64,000 bases of DNA from an uncultured Trueperaceae bacterium (GTDB lineage: Bacteria > Deinococcota > Deinococci > Deinococcales > Trueperaceae): positions 224,001 to 288,000 of the forward strand of contig CAWCXJ010000008.1 of the NCBI GenBank assembly GCA_963799485.1, in the 5' to 3' direction. Every line of letters starts with the position of its first letter. The stretch's first letter is position 1. The notes under the pieces were generated by a model. It made no database searches and had not been told where the DNA came from. It saw only the letters and a program-made list of their open reading frames with translations. Positions 7,382 to 16,618 of this stretch are shown piece after piece. Position numbers and translations under genes: made by a program.

Positions 7382-8939
7382 CCCCCGCCGCGGCGTCGGG
7401 GGCGGGACCCCGACCCTGCGCCAGCACCCGCTCGAACTCCTCGCGCACGATTTTCCGGGTGTCTTTGCGAATGGTCTGCACGATGTTGTAGGCCTGCACG
7501 ATGCCTGAAAGCACGATCATCGCGCCGAAGGCGGCCCGCGCCATGTACCAGGGGCGGATCATGGTGAGCACGTTGACCTCGGGCACTCCCTGCAGCCACG
7601 ACTGCCCCTGGATAAAGCCGGCAATGGTCAGCGACCAGAAAAAGCCGGTAAAGCCTATCAAAATAAGCCAGTAGGTCCATTCGGAGAGAGTGCGGCTGTA
7701 GATGGGCTTGTCGTAGATGTGCGCCACCGCGTACTCGATAAAGCCGATGCCTAAAAAGGTAAACGCGCCCAGCAAGGCCAGGTGCGCGTGCGCCACCACG
7801 AAGTTGGTGAAGTGCGTGAAGCGGTTGAACTGCTGCACTGCCTGGAACGAGCCTTGGATGTTGACGAGCAGGTAAAAAACGAGCGCGGTGAGGCTAAAGC
7901 GCAGCGGCATGTTGGTAAAAAACTTGCCCCACGAGCCGCGCATGGTCATGATGATGTCGGTTACAAAGGCGAACACGGGCACGAGGAGCATGATGGACGA
8001 AATCGTCGCGTAGCTCTTGAGCCAGCCCGGAATCGGCGCTTGCAAGAGGTGATGGTGGCCCACGCCGGTGTAGAAAAAGGCTATACCCCAGAACGAGATA
8101 AACGAGAGCGTCTGCGAGTAGAGCGGCGTGTTGGTGAGCCTGGGAATCAAATAGTAAAGGATCGCCAAGAGCATTGGCGTGAGCCACAACCCGAAGAGGT
8201 TGTGGTTGGCCCACCAGTTGAGCATCCCGTCGGCGATCCAGGTCGGTGCTGCGCCCGAACCGCCCGAGCCGGTCAGCATGTTGGTCCAGCCATTACCGCT
8301 GTAGCCCTGCGGACGCCACATCACGTTGCCGATAAAAAAGTCTGCGGCGAGCCACAGCGGCGCGGCCACGATCCACCAGACCGTGACGTAGAGCGGCCTC
8401 ACCTTGCGGGTGAGCAGCGTCATCAGCACGTTGTAGATGTTGAGCAGCCAGGCGATGAGCAGCAGCACGTCTATCCACCAGACGAACTCGGCGTATTCGC
8501 GGCCCTGGTTCCAGGCGAGCCCGGCGATAGTGACGATGGCCGCGACGAACATGATGTTCCAGAGCACCGCCGAGACCTTGGCGAGCCGGGGGCTGTAGAG
8601 CCCGCGCCCCAACAGGCGCGGCAGCATATAGAAGGCCGCGCCCCAGTACATCGAGGAGAGCCAGGCGAAAATCACTCCGTTGACGTGCAACATGCGGATG
8701 CGCGGAAACGTCAAAAACGAGATGCCGTTGAACGTTTCCGGGGCAATGAGCTGGGTGGCGATGATGAGCCCGAACAAGTCCACCACCGTGAGCCAAAAAA
8801 TACTTGTGCCGAGCCACCACATCACCGCGCGGTCGCCTTTGGCAAAAGCCCCCTCTTTAGTAAAGCGTCCTGCCCCCAGTGCACCCCCGATCTCGTCGCC
8901 GAAGCGGTTTGATCTAGGTGTCCCTATTGCTTGTTCCAT
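7362..8939 (-). CDS. ccoN: cbb3-type (C-family) heme-copper oxidase subunit I, divergent
   Basis: RMLHVNG, REYAEF, WWANHN, FFYTGVGHHHL (helix-VII Tyr plus CuB His pair), VAHAHL. Confidence 0.93.
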   Translation of the reverse strand: MEQAIGTPRSNRFGDEIGGALGAGRFTKEGAFAKGDRAVMWWLGTSIFWLTVVDLFGLIIATQLIAPETFNGISFLTFPRIRMLHVNGVIFAWLSSMYWGAAFYMLPRLLGRGLYSPRLAKVSAVLWNIMFVAAIVTIAGLAWNQGREYAEFVWWIDVLLLIAWLLNIYNVLMTLLTRKVRPLYVTVWWIVAAPLWLAADFFIGNVMWRPQGYSGNGWTNMLTGSGGSGAAPTWIADGMLNWWANHNLFGLWLTPMLLAILYYLIPRLTNTPLYSQTLSFISFWGIAFFYTGVGHHHLLQAPIPGWLKSYATISSIMLLVPVFAFVTDIIMTMRGSWGKFFTNMPLRFSLTALVFYLLVNIQGSFQAVQQFNRFTHFTNFVVAHAHLALLGAFTFLGIGFIEYAVAHIYDKPIYSRTLSEWTYWLILIGFTGFFWSLTIAGFIQGQSWLQGVPEVNVLTMIRPWYMARAAFGAMIVLSGIVQAYNIVQTIRKDTRKIVREEFERVLAQGRGPAPDAAAGGELGAS

Positions 8940-9059
8940 GAACCCCCCTTACCTGTAGCAACTGTTAAACAGTGCTGAGCTGCTACTCACGTTGACCTTG
9001 TAAAACGCTTTTACGCTGTGTGAGCCCCCTCCCTGAAATGTTCTAGCGTACTGAGCGCT

Positions 9060-9091
9060 ATGGTAGGAGGCAGATGTTACGGTTTTGTGAA
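9060..9091 (-). promoter_or_regulatory. OmpR-type direct-repeat box plus -10 element for the cco operon
   Basis: Minus strand TTCACA-N5-GTAACA-N9-TACCAT. Confidence 0.65.
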
Positions 9092-9126
9092 AGCTCTAAA
9101 CCGACAGCTCCGGGACGCCGGAAAAC

Positions 9127-9158
9127 GTCATAAAACGGTAACAAACGACGCCTAGAGT
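9127..9158 (+). promoter_or_regulatory. OmpR-type direct-repeat box plus -10 element for two-component system 1
   Basis: GTCATA-N5-GTAACA-N9-TAGAGT, same geometry as the divergent box. Confidence 0.65.
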
Positions 9159-9252
9159 AGGCGCTAAGACTTTTGGGTGCTAGGACTTTTAGGGCTAAGG
9201 CGTGAGGCTAGGCGGCTGCTCGAGGTTCGTGGCCTCGGTCAAGGAGGGATAT

Positions 9253-9918
9253 TTGACTATCTTGGTAGTAGACGACGACCCGTCGATCCGCGAAGTGCTG
9301 CGCGTCTTTCTCGAGCGCGAAGGCTTCGAGGTCGTCGAGGCCGCAGACGGCGCGAGCGCCCTGGCGAGCGCACCGGGGGTAGACCTGGTTGTGCTGGACC
9401 TGATGCTCCCCGAACTCAGCGGTTGGGAGGTGGCTAAGGTACTGCTGCGAGACCGTCCAGAACTGCGTATCGTCATTCTCACAGCGCGAAATACTGAAAA
9501 CGAGCGGGTCTACGGTCTGGAACTGGGAGCAGACGATTACGTGGTAAAACCGTTTAGTGCGCGTGAGGTCGTGGCGCGTATCAAATCGCTGCTGCGCCGC
9601 GCGGGGCTTAGCGATCAGCTGCGCTACGGTGAGCTGTCGATTCAGCTCGGGACCCGCGACGTCTACTTGAGGGGAACCAAATTGCTGCTTTCCAAGCTCG
9701 AGTTCGAGCTGCTCGTCACCCTCGCCCAGCACCCCGGCTTGGCCTGGAGCCGCACCCGCTTGCTCGAGCGCGTCTGGGGTGGCGACTTTCCCGGCAACGA
9801 ACGCGTAGTAGATTCGCGCATCGCTATTTTACGGCGAAAACTCGACGACGCTTCGGAGCAGCCGCGCTATATCGAGACCGTCCACGGGGTCGGCTACCGC
9901 TTTATCGAGTCGTCATGA
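9253..9918 (+). CDS. OmpR/PhoB-family response regulator
   Basis: ILVVDDD, LDLMLP, GADDYVVKPF, winged-helix ETVHGVGY; TTG start after AAGGAGG. Confidence 0.95.
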   Translation: MTILVVDDDPSIREVLRVFLEREGFEVVEAADGASALASAPGVDLVVLDLMLPELSGWEVAKVLLRDRPELRIVILTARNTENERVYGLELGADDYVVKPFSAREVVARIKSLLRRAGLSDQLRYGELSIQLGTRDVYLRGTKLLLSKLEFELLVTLAQHPGLAWSRTRLLERVWGGDFPGNERVVDSRIAILRRKLDDASEQPRYIETVHGVGYRFIESS

Positions 9919-11087
9919 AGATTTTTGGTCGCTTATTCGTAAGTCACCTGCTGACCGCTGTTGTTGCCAGCGCCGGCATCGTCGTCGGGGTTGGCCTGCT
10001 GTCGCCGACCTTTTACGGTCAACATCTGGACCGTCTTGCCAGCACAGGGATCAGTGCCCAGGCGTACCGTGCGGTTCTTGCCGAGGGGCACCAGCGCGTC
10101 ATGCTACTGGCGTTGGCAATTTCACTGCCCATTGCCCTTGTGTTGGCTATGACCGTCTCATACCGCGAGGCGCGGCGCGTGGCTACGGCTGCCGAAAAGC
10201 TTGAAGTGGGGAGTCGCGCCCTGGCGGGCGGTCACTACACGGCGCGCCTCGAGGTCGCCGGAAACGATGAACTGACCGCTATCGCCCAGCACTTTAACGA
10301 GCTGGCTGAAGGTTTGGCGGCAACTGAAGCGGAGCGCTCGGCGCTGATCGGCATCGTCGCGCATGAACTGCATACGCCTCTTTCAGCGCTGCAGGGCTAC
10401 ACCGAGGCTTTTGCCGAAAAGCTGATGCCCTTAGACGCAGTGGCGACCGCGATGAACCGCGAGCTCGAGGCGATGCGGCGCGTGACCAACGATCTGCTGC
10501 TGGTTTCGCGTATCGAGGCGCGCGGCGTCGAGATCAGGCGTACACCCTGCTCCGCAGCTGGACTGTTAGCAGACGCTTACGACCGCTTCCAACCCATCTT
10601 TGAAGAACGGGGGCTCGCCCTAAAACTCCAGGAAACGAGCCTTTTGCCCTCTGTTTATGCAGATTACGACCGGGTTTTGCAGGTTCTTTCGAACCTGCTT
10701 GCGAACGCGCTCAGGTACACGCCGACCGGTGGCCTGGTGGTTGTCGGGGCCGGGGTTCAGGAGGGAGCGGTCAGGTTTTTTGTAAGTGATGATGGCCCCG
10801 GTATCGCGAGCGCTCACCAGCAGCGCATCTTCGAACGTTTCTACAGGATTGACCCGGCGCGTAGCCACCGTGACGGTGGCAGTGGTATCGGGCTTACCGT
10901 CGCAAAGGGTTTGGTCGAGGCGATGGGCGGCCGGATCGGGCTCGAGAGTGAAGAGGGTCGTGGCAGCAGGTTTTACTTTACCTGCCCGGCCTGCAGCAGT
11001 GACGACCAATGTTTTCCCGAGCTGGTCGCTACGGCAAGAAACTACAAAGCGCAGGCTGCAAAACGTATAAGCCACACTCGCATTTAG
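9915..11087 (+). CDS. HAMP-domain sensor histidine kinase (BaeS-like)
   Basis: AHELHTPL H-box, NLLANALRY N-box, DDGPGI, GSGIGL. Confidence 0.95.
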   Translation: MKIFGRLFVSHLLTAVVASAGIVVGVGLLSPTFYGQHLDRLASTGISAQAYRAVLAEGHQRVMLLALAISLPIALVLAMTVSYREARRVATAAEKLEVGSRALAGGHYTARLEVAGNDELTAIAQHFNELAEGLAATEAERSALIGIVAHELHTPLSALQGYTEAFAEKLMPLDAVATAMNRELEAMRRVTNDLLLVSRIEARGVEIRRTPCSAAGLLADAYDRFQPIFEERGLALKLQETSLLPSVYADYDRVLQVLSNLLANALRYTPTGGLVVVGAGVQEGAVRFFVSDDGPGIASAHQQRIFERFYRIDPARSHRDGGSGIGLTVAKGLVEAMGGRIGLESEEGRGSRFYFTCPACSSDDQCFPELVATARNYKAQAAKRISHTRI

Positions 11088-11125
11088 GACGGCTGCGGTG
11101 ACTAGCTGGGCGAGACGTGAGACGT

Positions 11126-11340
11126 ATGGAATTTGGATTTTTATCATTTTCGGCAGCGCCTTATTTCGTCATACCCTGGTACGCGTTTGGTCCGGGCGCG
11201 GTTGTCTGGGTCGTCCGTGATACCTACACCGTCGCCGCCCACGTCAACGCTGCGCTCAACAAGAGGCCTAGCCGGTTATCGTTTTCTTTTTTTCGGTACT
11301 CGGTCTCGGTGTGTCTCTCTGGGGCTGCCGCGCACCCGTG
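11126..11340 (+). pseudogene. Remnant of a DUF4396-like membrane protein N-terminus
   Basis: FVIPWYAFG..VWVVRDTYTV..VNAAL, then after a frameshift A*PVIVFFFSVLGLG..WGCRAP (TAG at a likely Trp). Confidence 0.45.
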
Positions 11341-11498
11341 ATCGGCAAGAAAAAAGCGATAAGGCTACGGTTCAACCCAGAAAAGCGCGTTCTAGCCGGG
11401 TATCTTTACAGACTTTATCAGGGACGGTACGGGCTGCAAGCACAGTGGACACCTAGCAAAAAGGGCAGGTAAGCGTTCGCGCCACGGCCAGGGGGTTC

Positions 11499-11530
11499 TT
11501 TACAGGGGCTTTACAAATCTCTGATACCCT
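11499..11530 (+). promoter_or_regulatory. Direct-repeat regulator box plus -10 upstream of DUF3105/TCS2
   Basis: TTTACA-N5-TTTACA-N9-TACCCT. Confidence 0.65.
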
Positions 11531-11643
11531 CGGCTATAATATGGCTAGCACTTTATCAAAACTGCAGAAATCCTGCTAAACCAAAGTCGCCACCGCAAAG
11601 CCTAGCAAGTAGTCGCTTTTGCAGATCATTTTAGGGAGTTTAC

Positions 11644-12180
11644 GTGGCAGTAAAAAACGTAAGAGGCAAGCAAAACTTTCAGGGTAGATGGAAACGACCG
11701 GTGTTCTGGTTTGCCGGTATCGGCGCAGTTGTGGTTGCTGTTGTGATAGGAGTAAGTTTTCAGCGTCCCGCTACACCGGGGGAGGCCTTTGCCAACCAGG
11801 GTAACGCGCATATCGCCGAGGGTAGTACCAGCGCAGATTATAACTCCAACCCGCCGACCTCAGGCCCCCACTGGAGTACCATCGCCGACTGGAAAAGTTA
11901 TGACTTTGTCGTCCCTGACCAGGTGCTGCTGCATAACCTCGAGGATGGTGGCGTCATCCTCTGGTACGCTCTCGGTTCGGGTGAAGAGAATCAGCAGCGC
12001 ATTCGTCAGCTCGAGGAGGTTGCACGGGGCTTTGAACGGGTCATTATTGCGCCGCGTGAGAGCTTGGGAGCCCCCTTTGCGGCAACCGCTTGGCAGCGGC
12101 GGCAGCTCTTCGAGACGCTCGGTACTGCTGAGATGCGCACCTTTATCGAAGCTTATGAAGGTATTGACCACCATGGCTAG
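11644..12180 (+). CDS. DUF3105 domain protein (membrane-anchored)
   Basis: YNSNPPTSGPHW, LLHNLEDGGVILWY, ATAW motifs. Confidence 0.85.
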   Translation: MAVKNVRGKQNFQGRWKRPVFWFAGIGAVVVAVVIGVSFQRPATPGEAFANQGNAHIAEGSTSADYNSNPPTSGPHWSTIADWKSYDFVVPDQVLLHNLEDGGVILWYALGSGEENQQRIRQLEEVARGFERVIIAPRESLGAPFAATAWQRRQLFETLGTAEMRTFIEAYEGIDHHG

Positions 12181-12261
12181 CGGTTTTATAAGGCTGGATA
12201 TCTGGCTATGGTGAGACGGGCATCCACCTAAGCACGCTGTGGCTTGGTTTGAAGAGGTCTA

Positions 12262-12948
12262 GTGGCTGAGCGAATTTTACTGGTAGAAGACGATCCCGAT
12301 ATCGTCAGGATTGTCCAGGCATACCTGACCCGTGAAGGATTTCAGGTCGAAACAGCAGTAGACGGCGCAACCGGCTTGGCTTCAGCACTAGCCCAGCCAC
12401 CTGCACTCATCGTACTCGACTGGATGCTACCGCGCCTCGACGGTGAGACGTTTATGATGCACTTGCGCCTGACACTCGCCACACCCGTTATAATGCTCAC
12501 AGCTAAAGGTGAAGAGGACGACCGACTACGGGGTTTTGAGCTTGGCGTAGATGACTACATTCCCAAGCCCTTTAGTCCCCGTGAACTCGTCGCCCGTATT
12601 CACGCCGTTTTGCGCCGTGCGCACGGTGAAAAGGTTTCTACCCAGGCTATCTGGCGCGGGAACCTATGGATCGATCCCGTAAAACGTCTTGCAAGTTTGG
12701 GCGGGCACCAGCTAGACCTGACCACACGCGAGTTTGAGCTGCTCTATACGCTAGCAGAGCAACCGGGGCGGGTATGGCACCGCAACGAACTTCTAGACCG
12801 CGTTTGGGGGCGCGACTTTACCGGTATAGACCGCGTGGTTGACGTCCATGTGTCCAATTTGCGCCTGAAGCTCGAGGCGTTTTGCGGCACAGCTGTACTT
12901 GCCACTGTTCGTGGTGTAGGTTACAAGTTTGTCGAGAGTCCAGCGTGA
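12262..12948 (+). CDS. OmpR-family response regulator (second)
   Basis: ILLVEDD, LDWMLP, GVDDYIPKPFSPRELVARI, TVRGVGY. Confidence 0.95.
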   Translation: MAERILLVEDDPDIVRIVQAYLTREGFQVETAVDGATGLASALAQPPALIVLDWMLPRLDGETFMMHLRLTLATPVIMLTAKGEEDDRLRGFELGVDDYIPKPFSPRELVARIHAVLRRAHGEKVSTQAIWRGNLWIDPVKRLASLGGHQLDLTTREFELLYTLAEQPGRVWHRNELLDRVWGRDFTGIDRVVDVHVSNLRLKLEAFCGTAVLATVRGVGYKFVESPA

Positions 12949-14075
12949 GGTTTTCCCGTAATCTAAGCCTCTACTGGCGTTTGCTCGCTTCGTACCTCCT
13001 TTTGATCGTCGTTTGCTGCACCATCTTTTTCCTAAGTGCGGAGATGTTCGGCCCCATTTTGTTGGATCACCATGTTCGCGATATGCAGGCGGCCATGAAC
13101 CGCGTGACACCGCAAACGTTCGGGGCAGCGATGGCGTCGGATTTGGGTGACGCGTACCGGCGGGCGCTCAATCAGTCGATACTCTGGGGTCTGCTCGTCT
13201 CTGCCGGTATTGCCGGCGGGATAGCCCTGTTTGTCACAAGCCGCATCGTCGCGCCGCTAAAAAGTATGCAGCGCGCAAGCCAGCGAATCGCGGCGGGACG
13301 TTATCAAGACCGCTTGGACGCGCAGGCTCCCGGAGAGGTGGGCGACCTCGCGGGATCGTTTAATGCGATGGCAGAAACCCTGGCGCAAACCGAAAGGCGA
13401 CGCGTCGAGCTGTTAGCGAGCGTAGCGCACGAGTTCAAAACGCCGCTGAGTAGTCTGCACGGTTATCTCGACGGGCTCGAGGATGGCGTCTTCCGCACCG
13501 ACCCCGAAACGCTGACGGCGTGCCAACGCCAGGTCAGGCGGCTCGAGCGCTTGGTCGCTGACCTCTCACTGCTTTCACGGGTCGAGACCGGTCAGGAGCA
13601 GTTCACCAAGAAGCCGGTACCGATACGTGATCTGCTCGTGCAAGCTTCAGGCACCTTTCGCCCCCAGTTTGAAAAGCGCAAGGTTGCGTTTGTCGTCGAG
13701 CCCGTTTCCGCGTCATGGTGCGTGCTTGCCGACACCGACCGCACCGAGCAGGTACTTTCGAACCTCATCGTTAATGCCCTGCGCCACACGCCCCCCGGTG
13801 GTACCGTTAAGCTTGCAGCCCGTGAACAGGGCCGCGCTGAGATCGTTTTCGAGGTTCGGGACACCGGCGCGGGCGTCGCCGCTGAAGACTTGCCTCACCT
13901 CTTTACCCGCTTTTACCGGGGTGACAAAGCCCGTCAGTATAGTCAAGGGGGCGGAAGCGGTATCGGCTTGACGATTGCCAAGCACTATGTCGAGGCCCAG
14001 GGTGGGCAGCTCGCGGTGCGTACAGAAGCGGGCTGGGGCGGCATTTTTACCTTTTCCCTGCCCCGTTTGAGCTAG
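12945..14075 (+). CDS. HAMP sensor histidine kinase (second, BaeS-like)
   Basis: AHEFKTPL, NLIVNALRH, DTGAGV, GSGIGL; GTG start overlaps the regulator stop; periplasmic HH..M..M segment. Confidence 0.93.
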   Translation: MRFSRNLSLYWRLLASYLLLIVVCCTIFFLSAEMFGPILLDHHVRDMQAAMNRVTPQTFGAAMASDLGDAYRRALNQSILWGLLVSAGIAGGIALFVTSRIVAPLKSMQRASQRIAAGRYQDRLDAQAPGEVGDLAGSFNAMAETLAQTERRRVELLASVAHEFKTPLSSLHGYLDGLEDGVFRTDPETLTACQRQVRRLERLVADLSLLSRVETGQEQFTKKPVPIRDLLVQASGTFRPQFEKRKVAFVVEPVSASWCVLADTDRTEQVLSNLIVNALRHTPPGGTVKLAAREQGRAEIVFEVRDTGAGVAAEDLPHLFTRFYRGDKARQYSQGGGSGIGLTIAKHYVEAQGGQLAVRTEAGWGGIFTFSLPRLS

Positions 14076-14113
14076 CTTGGAACTCGAGCGCCGGTAACGT
14101 AAACTACAGAGGG

Positions 14114-14818
14114 TTATAACCGGCTCAGTAACCAAGTCGGCGTCACGCGTAAAAGAAAGCCGTTTAGCCAGGTGACGTAGCCGCTCACCATAAGGACGCC
14201 GAAGGACACAAGGACAACACCTGCAGCGCGTTCGGCCCAAGGCAGAAACGGACGGAACCGACCACTAAAACGCTGGAACGACCCCAAGCTTAGCGCAGCC
14301 AGAAGAAAGGGTAGCGCTAGGCCCAGCGCGTAAGCCGCCAGCAGGCTTACACCGCTCGTAAGCGTCGCCGAAGCGCCCGCCAGCGTCAAAATGGCTCCCA
14401 GAGCCGGGCCGATACAAGGCGTCCAGCCAATAGCAAACGACATTCCCATGAGAGCTGCACCCAAGGGCGTACTCGTCGCACCCTGATAATCGAGCTTAGC
14501 GGTTCGGTAAAGTAGCGGGATCTTAAAAGCGCCTAACAGCATCAAGCCGAACAGCACGACCAGCACGCCGCCGGCACGGATGAGCAGGCCTCGAGACGCC
14601 AGCAGCACCCCGCCCAGCGCACTAGCCGACGCACCTAACGCAATAAAGACGAGCGAAAACCCCAGGACAAAGAGCAGGCTGTTGCGAAAGACCGTAAGGC
14701 GGTTTTTCGAGCTGCCGCCCACATAGGCGAGATACGAGGGTACCAGGGGCAGAACGCAGGGTGAGAGAAACGAAAGTATGCCCGCGAGAAAGGCAACCGG
14801 AAGACTCGGTGCGATCAT
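14114..14818 (-). CDS. ccdA: Cytochrome c biogenesis protein CcdA
   Basis: SFLSPCVLPLVP and WTPCIGP redox-Cys motifs. Confidence 0.93.
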   Translation of the reverse strand: MIAPSLPVAFLAGILSFLSPCVLPLVPSYLAYVGGSSKNRLTVFRNSLLFVLGFSLVFIALGASASALGGVLLASRGLLIRAGGVLVVLFGLMLLGAFKIPLLYRTAKLDYQGATSTPLGAALMGMSFAIGWTPCIGPALGAILTLAGASATLTSGVSLLAAYALGLALPFLLAALSLGSFQRFSGRFRPFLPWAERAAGVVLVSFGVLMVSGYVTWLNGFLLRVTPTWLLSRL

Positions 14819-14824
14819 ACCTTC

Positions 14825-14856
14825 AGTGTAAGTGTCTTGTGTAAAGTTGGCGTAAA
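14825..14856 (-). promoter_or_regulatory. Direct-repeat box plus leaderless -10 for ccdA
   Basis: Minus strand TTTACG-N5-TTTACA-N9-TACACT-N6-ATG. Confidence 0.7.
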
Positions 14857-15033
14857 GCTTACGCTTTAGCCGACCTCATTATTCCGGTAGCGCTCGACGG
14901 TTGCATTACACCCTTGCGTACTGCTAGTTCGTCAGTGAAGCCAGACTGTGACGAACCAGCTGCAGCCTACCGTGTTGGTTTAGCGGTTGCTCAGTTTTGA
15001 CACGGTGTCCGAGTCTTTTTGCACGCTGATACC

Positions 15034-15065
15034 TTTATGTAGGCTTTACAAAACGTCGGTACGCT
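15034..15065 (+). promoter_or_regulatory. Direct-repeat box plus -10 for the multicopper oxidase-lgt unit
   Basis: TTTATG-N5-TTTACA-N9-TACGCT. Confidence 0.7.
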
Positions 15066-15077
15066 TTTTTTGAAAGG

Positions 15078-16565
15078 ATGTCTATGCGCATTACACGAAG
15101 AACATTTTTGAAATCGGCGGGGCTTGGCGTCGTCGGTGCAGCCCTCTCAAATTCCTTGATCGGTAGCAGCGTTTTAGCAAGCGCGCCGCAAGCGACGTTT
15201 CCAACCCCGCCCGAAACGGGCCAACGACTCGCCGACGGTACGCTTCGTATCTCACTACGCGCTGCCGAAGGCGAGGTCGCGGTCGCAGACCGCACCGCCA
15301 AGTTGTTGACCTATAACGGGCAGTTTCCCGGACCAACGCTGCGGTTACGCGAAGGAGAACGCGTTGCGCTCACGTTGACCAACGATCTGCCTAAACCCAC
15401 CAATCTTCACTTCCACGGTCTTCACATTTCGCCACAGGGAAAGGGTGACAACGTTTTCCGGATCGTCGAGCCGGGAGAAACGGCGGAGTACGCCTTTACC
15501 GTGCCTCAGGGTTCTGCAGGAACGTACTGGTATCACCCACACGTCCACGGGGACGCATCGAGGCAACAGTTTCACGGTCTCGCCGGCGCAATTGTGGTCG
15601 AAGGTGCTGCCGACGCAACCTTTCGCGGGCTTCCAGAGCAGCTACTGGTGCTTAAAGATATCGAGTTCCGGGCGGATGGACAGGTACCGCCACATACCAG
15701 AACAGACTGGATGATGGGGCGCGAGGGCAGTCTGCTGACGGTCAACGGCGCGGTCAAGCCAAAGTTGACCGTAGCCGATGGCGCTGTGCGGCTCCGGCTG
15801 CTTAACGCGTCGAACGCACGCTACTACCGCCTTCATATCCCGGGGGCGACGTTTCACGTTACGGCTACCGATGGGGGCAGTGTCGGCGCACCTTACCGCG
15901 TTAAAGAATTGCTCTTGGCTCCCGGCGAACGTTACGAGGTCGTCGCGCAGTTTCCGCAGCGTGGGCGCTACTCGCTGCAAACCCTGCCGTACAACCGCTC
16001 TCCCGAGGAGATGGAGATGGAACCGGCGGGTGGGGGCATGACCGGCATGAACATGGAGCCGGCGGGCGATGGCCCGAGCGGGATGGACAGGGGGCCAAGC
16101 AAACGTGCAGAACTCGCTGAATTCGAGGTAGGCGCTGCAAGCCGCTTTGAAATGCCTCAGGTACTAACCGCGATCACTGCGTTACGACCTGAGGACGCCA
16201 CCTTACGGCGGCGCATTGTACTTACTGAAGACATGGAGAACCTGGAGTTTTATATCAACGGCAAATTGTTCGACGCGGAGCGCACCGACTTTAGGCCAAA
16301 ACTTGATACCGTCGAGCACTGGGAGTTCGTCAATGAGAGCGGTATGGATCATCCCATGCACCTGCACGTGCACCCCTTTCAAGTCTATTCAAAACGTGGT
16401 CAAAGGGAGGCGCAAACCACCTGGAAAGATGTCGTCAATGTTCCGGCTAAAAGCAGTGTGGAACTTCTCGTAGCGTTTGCGGATTATCCGGGGCGAACAA
16501 TGCTACACTGCCACATCCTCGAGCACGAAGACTTTGGCATGATGAGCGTGGTGGACCCGGTTTAG
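15078..16565 (+). CDS. Tat-exported multicopper oxidase (CueO/laccase-like)
   Basis: TRRTFLK Tat motif; HFHG, WYHPH, HPMHLH, HCHILEHED..M; Met-rich insert. Confidence 0.95.
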   Translation: MSMRITRRTFLKSAGLGVVGAALSNSLIGSSVLASAPQATFPTPPETGQRLADGTLRISLRAAEGEVAVADRTAKLLTYNGQFPGPTLRLREGERVALTLTNDLPKPTNLHFHGLHISPQGKGDNVFRIVEPGETAEYAFTVPQGSAGTYWYHPHVHGDASRQQFHGLAGAIVVEGAADATFRGLPEQLLVLKDIEFRADGQVPPHTRTDWMMGREGSLLTVNGAVKPKLTVADGAVRLRLLNASNARYYRLHIPGATFHVTATDGGSVGAPYRVKELLLAPGERYEVVAQFPQRGRYSLQTLPYNRSPEEMEMEPAGGGMTGMNMEPAGDGPSGMDRGPSKRAELAEFEVGAASRFEMPQVLTAITALRPEDATLRRRIVLTEDMENLEFYINGKLFDAERTDFRPKLDTVEHWEFVNESGMDHPMHLHVHPFQVYSKRGQREAQTTWKDVVNVPAKSSVELLVAFADYPGRTMLHCHILEHEDFGMMSVVDPV

Positions 16566-16618
16566 GCAGTGGCTAACGTAATTCGGGTGATCAAGACAAG
16601 CTTGGAGGTTAAACCTTA

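Noticed and set aside
5885..8912. Long plus-strand ORFs 5885-7567 (560 aa) and 7782-8912 (376 aa)
   Set aside because: Antisense shadows of ccoO and ccoN in GC-rich DNA; Arg/Gly-rich with no motifs.
7362..8939. Calling the subunit I a nitric oxide reductase (NorB)
   Set aside because: It retains the helix-VII Tyr and cbb3 motifs, and lacks the NorB HLWVEG signature.
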